Assembly (NCBI GenBank): GCA_036782875.1
Contig: DAIPYG010000002.1
Location: 23,340 to 87,339, forward strand
DNA length: 64,000 bases
Direction of reading: 5' to 3'
Source: Bacteroidota bacterium
GTDB lineage: Bacteria; Bacteroidota; Ignavibacteria; Tepidaquicellales; Tepidaquicellaceae
Below the pieces are notes generated by a model, which made no database searches, was not told the origin of the DNA, and saw only the letters and a program-made list of their open reading frames with translations. Every line of letters starts with the position of its first letter. The first letter of the stretch is position 1. The position numbers were made by a program, and so were the translations under genes. This document shows positions 57,800-64,000 of this stretch, one piece after another.

Positions 57800-58867
57800 T
57801 TATTTTCTGATTATTTCTTCAAAGTCTAAAACGCTCGCTGAAGTTCTTTTGAGCATTTCCTGAAGAATAATAGGGTCTGTAACTACGGCATTGTTATACG
57901 CCTCCATCAGCTTATCAGGAGTAAATGGTTTTTTAACTTCTTTTATTCCCAGTTCATTAGCCAGTGAGCTTACTTTAGATGAACGCTCAAGAATAACTAC
58001 TTTACTTCCGGCCCATGCAGCCGTCAGCGCAGAATGATAGCGTGAAGTCATTATAGTCTCACACTCCGTATAATGCTTTAGTAATTCATTTATACTTCCT
58101 GAACTGAAATAATCAGGCTGATACAATTCAACATTATACAATAACCTGTCAATCATCGGAAATATTTTCTTATAAAGCTCAAATTCATATATCCCTTTTT
58201 TATTTACCGCATTGCTGAATAACAGCTTTTTTCTCATCAAACCGGATTTCTTCAGAAACTGTTTGAGTGCTGACAAATTCGCTTCCTCCGCATTCTCATC
58301 ATAATAACATATGCCAATATCATATTTGAATTTATTCACCTTGTTCCCAGAAGAAAAAATCTTACTTAGTGAAATGTTTGCAAGATCTGATGATGATGTA
58401 ACTTTTTGTGCCGGTATTTCAAAATCATTAACTATAATATCTGTTGTTGAAATATCCCTTGTCCAGAAATGGTCAACTCTTTCCAGAGCTTTTATGTAAT
58501 GCTCTTTTTCTGATACTGCTTCCTTTTCAGCTCCTATTCCAATCATGAAATATTTTTTACTTCCTTTCCTGAGCAATTCAATGTCAGCGGTAAGCTTTTG
58601 AAGGAACCATTTTCCTGATTTAATCTGTACAGGAGTGTCCCCTACCCCGACCCAAATTCCGCAGCTTGCAGCAGTCTTTTCCCGTTCTTTAAACTCAACA
58701 AAATTGACAGAAGGAAACCGCACACGCTGATGTTCCGGTTCTCTTGGAATTGAACAGTAAAACTCATAGTCATTATACTTTAATCCTTTTAGAAATCCGT
58801 CCATCATCAGATCATCACCAATATTTCCCGCTCCATAAAAATCAAAACTTAAAAATATTTTAATCAA
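57800..58867 (-). CDS. Polysaccharide pyruvyl transferase family protein
   Basis: 355 aa with FDFYGAGNIGDDLMMDG and TSRYHSALTAAWAGSKVVIL. TTG start. Confidence 0.75.
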   Translation of the reverse strand: MIKIFLSFDFYGAGNIGDDLMMDGFLKGLKYNDYEFYCSIPREPEHQRVRFPSVNFVEFKEREKTAASCGIWVGVGDTPVQIKSGKWFLQKLTADIELLRKGSKKYFMIGIGAEKEAVSEKEHYIKALERVDHFWTRDISTTDIIVNDFEIPAQKVTSSSDLANISLSKIFSSGNKVNKFKYDIGICYYDENAEEANLSALKQFLKKSGLMRKKLLFSNAVNKKGIYEFELYKKIFPMIDRLLYNVELYQPDYFSSGSINELLKHYTECETIMTSRYHSALTAAWAGSKVVILERSSKVSSLANELGIKEVKKPFTPDKLMEAYNNAVVTDPIILQEMLKRTSASVLDFEEIIRK

Positions 58868-60160
58868 TTATTTAATATGCAAATTTTCATTTATACAATT
58901 CCATTTAAAGTCTGCTATCACGACTCCCATATCTTTGCCGGTAAATCTATGCAGACCCGAGCCTGATTCTATTATGTTGAAGCCAATTGCGTTTTCCTTT
59001 GAATCAAACAACTGAACATTCTCTATATGCAATGCGGCATTTATAAAGTAACTTCCGGGAGCAAGAAATAATCCGGGAATAATAACTTCTGCAGTGAGAT
59101 CTCCGGAAATATTTTCATAAACTGCTGAAAATTCCTTAACGGATTTTGAATCATAAAGAATTTTCATACCATTTTTTGAGTATATGGAAAATCCAAGTCG
59201 AAGACCGGGTATATTAATGTTACCTGCAAAAACAAACTCAATTTTAAATGGATTCTTGACATCTATCTCAGTTGATGGTTGTGAACTGTTACCGGGAATT
59301 ACAGAAATCCTTTTAAAAAATATATCTGAGTTTTTATCTTCGTATTCTCTCGAAGAGATTTTTAAATCCGAATTCAAATTAAGATATTCTTCAATTATAC
59401 TTTCAGTATTTCCTGAGTTTTTTATCATGCCCCTTTCAAGAAGTATGGAAGAAGTGCATAGATTCTTTACAGCCCCCATATTATGACTGACAAAGATTAC
59501 TGTTCTGCCTTCATTCGCTGATACATCATGCATTTTACCAAGGCACTTCTTTTGAAATTCTGCATCCCCGACTGCCAGTACTTCATCAACTATTAATATT
59601 TCAGGCTCGAGATAAGCTGCAACTGCAAATGCAAGCCTGACATACATCCCTGAAGAATATCTCTTTACCGGAGTATCTATGAATTTTTCAACACCTGAGA
59701 AGTCAACTATCTCATCATATTTAGATTTTATTTCATTCTTTGTCATTCCGAGAATTGAACCGTTCAAGAATATGTTCTCCTTACCGCTGAGATCCTGATG
59801 AAAACCTGTTCCTACTTCCAGAAGACTTGCAACCCTTCCTTTTATTTTTACATTTCCTGTAGTCGGTGTAGTAACCCGGGATAAAATCTTAAGCAAAGTA
59901 GATTTTCCGGCACCGTTATTTCCTATTATGCCGATAATTTCACCAGATCTGATTTCGAAATTAATATCCTTTAATGCCCAGACAAACTGACCGGCACTCT
60001 TCTTTTCTCTGAAATTTATTTCACCGACTTTCATATAAGGATCCTCTTTGCCTCTTACCCTCGCAATAAAGCGGCTCATATCCTGAGCAATGGATCGTGT
60101 TGATATTATTCCTAACCTGTACAGCTTGGATATATTTTCAGACTTGATTACTATGCTCAT
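58868..60160 (-). CDS. wzt: O-antigen/teichoic-acid-type ABC exporter ATPase with a C-terminal carbohydrate-binding-type domain (Wzt)
   Basis: 430 aa with Walker A GNNGAGKST, signature YSSGMYVRL and Walker B ILIVDE. A strand-rich C-terminal extension of about 180 aa follows, as in Wzt. Confidence 0.85.
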   Translation of the reverse strand: MSIVIKSENISKLYRLGIISTRSIAQDMSRFIARVRGKEDPYMKVGEINFREKKSAGQFVWALKDINFEIRSGEIIGIIGNNGAGKSTLLKILSRVTTPTTGNVKIKGRVASLLEVGTGFHQDLSGKENIFLNGSILGMTKNEIKSKYDEIVDFSGVEKFIDTPVKRYSSGMYVRLAFAVAAYLEPEILIVDEVLAVGDAEFQKKCLGKMHDVSANEGRTVIFVSHNMGAVKNLCTSSILLERGMIKNSGNTESIIEEYLNLNSDLKISSREYEDKNSDIFFKRISVIPGNSSQPSTEIDVKNPFKIEFVFAGNINIPGLRLGFSIYSKNGMKILYDSKSVKEFSAVYENISGDLTAEVIIPGLFLAPGSYFINAALHIENVQLFDSKENAIGFNIIESGSGLHRFTGKDMGVVIADFKWNCINENLHIK

Positions 60161-60187
60161 TTGTTCATTTTAATTTCACTCAACTAA

Positions 60188-61174
60188 TCAATGATAAATA
60201 TATTTCTTCTCATTTTCTCTCATGTACAAATAAAAATGGAGAATATCTTTAAGGCTGTCCTCGAGAAGTATCTCATTAGACCAGCTGGTTTCTCTCTTTA
60301 TCTTTTCATTGCATCCCACAATTACCGGTATATCCGCAGGTCTCTTTAATTTCTTGTCTTCTCTGTTGCTTAATCTTATCTCCATGATCTCGCAAAGCAT
60401 CTGTATGATATTATGCAGTGAAATTCCGCATCCGCTGCATACATTATAGATCTCTCCTCTTTTCCCTTTCAGAAACAACTGATGATATGCCCGCACTACA
60501 TCCCTAACGTCTATAAAATCCCTTACCACTGATACATCACCGGTTACTATAAACTCATTTCCGCTATTCCGTTTAATGTCGGTTATCTGTTTTGCAAATG
60601 ATGAAATAGCAAAATTTTCGCTTTGTCCCGGTCCTATATGATTAAATGATCTTGTAATTACTATGTCCATTCCATATACATTTGAATACATTAGGGACAA
60701 TAATTCCTGACTGTATCTTGCTATCCCGAAAGGACTTAATGGTTTCAGTTCCTGCTCTTCCTTTATCGGCAGATCGGAAAACTTTACTGTTCCGTATACA
60801 TCAGATGAACCCACGGAAATTATTCTGCAGTCTGTTCCGGTTTTCCTGATGTCCTCAAGAAGATTTAAAAAGATATTCACATTGTTCTGGAAACAATTGT
60901 TCGGATTTCTCCAGCTTCCTGCGACACTGCTGTATGAAGCAAGATGAAGTATATATCTGGGATTGAAATCATATATAAGTTTGCTGACCTTGTCTCTTTC
61001 TCTGAGATCGGTTTTGACAAATTTCACTTTTATATTTCCGAAACTCTCCGGTGTATAAGCAGGTTCAGTTATATCAATTCCGAGAACAGAAGTATTGACG
61101 GTATTATTATTCAGATATTCAATAAAATTTTTACCGACAAATCCCGATGATCCTGTAATTAAATAATTTGTCAA
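60188..61174 (-). CDS. Extended SDR-fold protein with a non-canonical active site
   Basis: 328 aa with ITGSSGFVG and VGSSDVYG. The position of the catalytic YxxxK reads SPFGIAR (F149, R153). TTG is the only possible start. Confidence 0.8.
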   Translation of the reverse strand: MTNYLITGSSGFVGKNFIEYLNNNTVNTSVLGIDITEPAYTPESFGNIKVKFVKTDLRERDKVSKLIYDFNPRYILHLASYSSVAGSWRNPNNCFQNNVNIFLNLLEDIRKTGTDCRIISVGSSDVYGTVKFSDLPIKEEQELKPLSPFGIARYSQELLSLMYSNVYGMDIVITRSFNHIGPGQSENFAISSFAKQITDIKRNSGNEFIVTGDVSVVRDFIDVRDVVRAYHQLFLKGKRGEIYNVCSGCGISLHNIIQMLCEIMEIRLSNREDKKLKRPADIPVIVGCNEKIKRETSWSNEILLEDSLKDILHFYLYMRENEKKYIYH

Positions 61175-61175
61175 A

Positions 61176-62468
61176 TTATTCCCTGCTGTGTGCTTTGATT
61201 TCTATTAATCCGTTATTCATCAAACCTGCCGCTGCATATGCTAATGATTTAAATGAGATTCCGCTCCTGCCTGAAATCTCAATAAGATCATTAGTCCCGT
61301 CGGATAAATTCAAAATCCACATCATGGAGTTTACAAATTCAGCCGTGTCTTTCTGCGACCCTATTGTCGGATACAATCCTCTTTTTCCAAGCTGAGGTTC
61401 GCAGTTCGGCATTTTATTTATATATGTAAAATTGTTTTCTATCACATTCAGAATTTCAAGATATTTAATAACTGAATCTTCCATGGATTTAAAAGATATA
61501 AATTCCTTATTGTCCGCAGATGTGTGGTACTCCTTATACATTCCGTACCTTGTTCTCATTAATGAACCAACCGGCAGATCAAATCCCGGCGAGCAATACT
61601 GTCGTTCATCGCTGCCTGTAGGAAAAAATTTTTCGACAATATAATTTTTTTCTGTCTGTTTCAATACAAGCTCTGCTGCCCTGTCAGCTAGGGTGTTTCC
61701 CCTTCTGCTTTGCTTGTATGTAAAATTCCCTTTATCTCCAATGCAGGTTATTACAAATCCTGCAGCTATTTTTTTTTTAAAATGCTCACCATACTCCGAT
61801 AAATAGTAAATGCTGCCGATAGTTTCCGGAAGGTAAAGTATACGGTAAGTATATCTTCTGTTTTTCTTTTCTTTTAATTTATCGTAAATAAATGAAGTAA
61901 CTAATGGACCTGATAATTCATTGTTTGCCATTGAAGGATGACAGATGTAGGTAGACAGCAGAATTTCTTCATCGGTATCTCCTTTCAGAACTGCTTCGCC
62001 TATTGTCATTGACCCTTCAGGATTAAGCTCGGAATTTATTTTAACTTCATAAGTTTCATCCTTTAAACATAAAAGCTGATTATGGCTTAGGCAAAACCCC
62101 CAGCGATTTTTATAATAAGATGTAAGATACGGAATTACTTCAGGCTGATCAGGCAGGGAGTAAAGATGTTTCTTTAATTCTTCCAGACTCAGTTGTCCGG
62201 AATAATTTTCTGAATATCCCAGTAAATGTAAATTGTTCAAACTGTAATCCACAATTTTATTCCCACTGCTGTCTTTTATCCAGGCTTCATTTACATTCCA
62301 TTCCGGCGGAACTGTCCAGTCATAGCATTCAGTACCGGATGGAATCTCCGAAATCTTTATATCGGCGATCTCTGATAAGATCTTCAGAGTCTCGCGATTT
62401 CCATTACCGGTCAGGCTTCTGTTCAGTGGCCATAGCCTGTCAAAATATTCTTCTATACGGTCTTTCAG
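61176..62468 (-). CDS. DUF2172/DUF4910 aminopeptidase-like protein with a C-terminal winged-helix region; N-terminus extended to CTG
   Basis: The track ORF starts at GTG 62252. The frame is open to 62474, and the extension (LWPLNRSLTGNGNRETLKIL...IPSGTECYDWTVPPEWNV) is the conserved N-terminal part of this family. Confidence 0.7.
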   Translation of the reverse strand: MKDRIEEYFDRLWPLNRSLTGNGNRETLKILSEIADIKISEIPSGTECYDWTVPPEWNVNEAWIKDSSGNKIVDYSLNNLHLLGYSENYSGQLSLEELKKHLYSLPDQPEVIPYLTSYYKNRWGFCLSHNQLLCLKDETYEVKINSELNPEGSMTIGEAVLKGDTDEEILLSTYICHPSMANNELSGPLVTSFIYDKLKEKKNRRYTYRILYLPETIGSIYYLSEYGEHFKKKIAAGFVITCIGDKGNFTYKQSRRGNTLADRAAELVLKQTEKNYIVEKFFPTGSDERQYCSPGFDLPVGSLMRTRYGMYKEYHTSADNKEFISFKSMEDSVIKYLEILNVIENNFTYINKMPNCEPQLGKRGLYPTIGSQKDTAEFVNSMMWILNLSDGTNDLIEISGRSGISFKSLAYAAAGLMNNGLIEIKAHSRE

Positions 62469-63283
62469 ATTTTTTTATTTATTTTATAAAGCATATTCTG
62501 AGACCTGCCTTCTTTTATTACTTTGGATGCTTCTTCATATACTTTCTCCGCCTGTATCACATGCATGCAGCTTCCTTTACCGGGTCTGTATCCTGAATAT
62601 AATCCCTTTGACCAGAGATATTCCTCCATTTGCTTTACATCAGTCTCCACACCTTCTTCAATTTTTCTAGAATATACATTGAACTCTCTTTCATGCTGAT
62701 TTCCGTATTTGTCTATGTATTTACCTTTGAAAATTTTGTGATATCTGTTAGGTGCTTCTTCCATTTCTTCAACATGATGATAAAAGGTCATGCAGTTTTC
62801 TCCGGCAACATCAAGTGCTGCGATCTTTCCTCCAAGCTCAAGCAGTTTTGCAAATGGTGAATCTTCCCCGAATGCACTGAAATTACAGAGGTCCTCAAAT
62901 ATATTTTTATTGTACCCTATGACAGCAAATGAAAAAAGCGGATGACCTGTCCTGACGGAATCCGGGTGCAGTCTTGCAGTTTCTGATAATACTCCTGTCT
63001 CTGATCTTGTATTACGAATATCAAATGTAATTCCCTTTGTAAATTCAAAATTATATGTTGGGAAAATGAGTGTGCCGTTTTTACCGGCTGCTATTATTAA
63101 TGAATCAAGAATATCTTTCGGTGAGACCATTATACCTTTTGTCCTGTATTTTCTTAAGAATCCGGAAAGAGAACTGTGAAGCAATATTGTATCACCTTTT
63201 TCAATTCCGCTTTCATTCCAGGATTCTGCTAATTCATATATGACTTTTTGCATAATGTCTGACTTCAATTCAGTTGATATCAT
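62465..63283 (-). CDS. AAC(3)-family (aminoglycoside 3-N-acetyltransferase-like) acetyltransferase
   Basis: 272 aa with GDTILLHSSLSG, GTLIFPTYNF, ETGVLSE and RTGHPLFSFAVIG. ATGA overlap at 63280-63283. Confidence 0.7.
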   Translation of the reverse strand: MISTELKSDIMQKVIYELAESWNESGIEKGDTILLHSSLSGFLRKYRTKGIMVSPKDILDSLIIAAGKNGTLIFPTYNFEFTKGITFDIRNTRSETGVLSETARLHPDSVRTGHPLFSFAVIGYNKNIFEDLCNFSAFGEDSPFAKLLELGGKIAALDVAGENCMTFYHHVEEMEEAPNRYHKIFKGKYIDKYGNQHEREFNVYSRKIEEGVETDVKQMEEYLWSKGLYSGYRPGKGSCMHVIQAEKVYEEASKVIKEGRSQNMLYKINKKI

Positions 63284-64000
63284 AATCCTAAAATGTTCAT
63301 AATTTTATCTGCTGCAGTATTTGAAGCATTTCCGGGATTGTAGCTTAGCTTTCGGGCTAATTCCTTTCTCTTGTCTGAAAGCTCACCTGGATTTGCCAGA
63401 CTATTTAAAATTGCCTCCGGCAATTCTTCAGGACGGGAAACAATTTTACCTACATGCCTTCCTGCATTTGCTTTCGGATCGTTCTTTACAAATTCTGCTG
63501 TAGTATCCCCGAAGTTTGAATATATATTTTTAAGTGTCTTTTCGAAAAATTCAGGACAATCAATATAGATCACGGGTTTGTCGAGTACAATAAATTCCAG
63601 AGCGACGCTGCTAAGATCAGTTACCATTACATCTGCCGCTGACAATAAAGGATCTATGTTGTTTGATGGAACATGTCTGAAGTCAGGATATGAATCAAAT
63701 TTAGAAAATTTTTTTATCCAATCGGTTCCGCCTGTATAAAATATGTAGTTAGGTCCGTTCTTGGGGCAATAACTGATAGGATGAAGTTTAACTATAAGGT
63801 TAATATTTTTTACTTTTAAAATATTTTCAATAACTTTATCTCCGAATGTTCTGAGTGAAAGTCCTTCATCCCAGGAAGGTGAATACAAAACCGTCTTATG
63901 TGCAGGATCAAGCTTTAACTGATTTAAAACATCTTCCCTGTGATACTTTCCCTTCAGCAGCTGATCTGATTTTGAATATCCGATGTCATATAATTTTATA
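63280..64000 (-). CDS. CDP-glycerol glycerophosphotransferase (TagB/TagF) family protein, C-terminal part (5' end beyond the window)
   Basis: The track start at 63888 is an internal TTG. My translation stays open to 64000 (...GYSKSDQLLKGKYHREDVLNQLKLDPAHKTVLYSPSWDEG...). VLYSPSW and ADVMVTDLSSVALEF are TagF-type motifs. Confidence 0.7.
   Translation of the reverse strand, partial: IKLYDIGYSKSDQLLKGKYHREDVLNQLKLDPAHKTVLYSPSWDEGLSLRTFGDKVIENILKVKNINLIVKLHPISYCPKNGPNYIFYTGGTDWIKKFSKFDSYPDFRHVPSNNIDPLLSAADVMVTDLSSVALEFIVLDKPVIYIDCPEFFEKTLKNIYSNFGDTTAEFVKNDPKANAGRHVGKIVSRPEELPEAILNSLANPGELSDKRKELARKLSYNPGNASNTAADKIMNILGL

Noticed and set aside
1-64000. Alternative genetic code (TGA or TAG reassigned) as an explanation for the missing start codons
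   Set aside because: TGA, TAA and TAG all terminate well-defined genes at family-typical lengths. TGA is used in six ATGA overlaps. The standard bacterial code fits.
1-64000. Search for CRISPR arrays, tRNA/rRNA genes, IS elements, integrases and prophage genes
   Set aside because: I saw no regularly spaced direct repeats, cloverleaf-like GC-rich segments, long terminal inverted repeats or transposase/integrase-like translations. The window appears free of these features.

Overview
AT-rich (about one-third G+C by eye) bacterial chromosomal segment. I see no rRNA, tRNA, CRISPR array, transposase or integrase. Positions 1-2900 hold three unrelated genes: a partial lipoprotein, a HerA-like DUF853 P-loop ATPase, and a MORN-repeat protein on the plus strand. 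A bidirectional hairpin terminator at 2943-2981 closes this block. From 3001 to the right edge, where the last gene is truncated, every supported gene is on the minus strand. Together they form one very large surface-glycan biosynthesis super-locus of about 61 kb and about 56 tightly packed, often overlapping genes. By motif reading it contains 9 GT4, 5 GT2, 1 GT9, 1 divergent GT-B-like, 1 TagF-like and 3 GT-C-like membrane proteins. It also has 4 DegT-type aminotransferases, 2 AsnB-like enzymes, 2 formyltransferases, several acyltransferases, 3 methyltransferases, a sulfotransferase-like protein, a pyruvyltransferase and deacetylases. Assembly components include a Wzy_C-family protein, a PglF/PglE/PglC-type initiation block, a Wzi-like outer-membrane protein and a Wzt-type ABC ATPase. 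The points most worth follow-up are these. (1) There are two Arn-like (undecaprenyl-phosphate amino-sugar) modules, one with ArnA apparently split and carrying a second formyltransferase, a FemAB-like protein and an unassignable 345-aa protein. (2) Components of three normally alternative assembly routes co-occur, with no Wzx, Wzm or Wza/Wzc visible. (3) Start-codon usage is unusual: about one third of the locus genes can only start at TTG. In three further genes a conserved-looking N-terminus lies upstream of any ATG/GTG/TTG and begins at ATT or CTG. (4) One extended SDR has its catalytic Tyr/Lys replaced by Phe/Arg. All family calls come from motifs I recognise in the supplied translations; no database search was possible.
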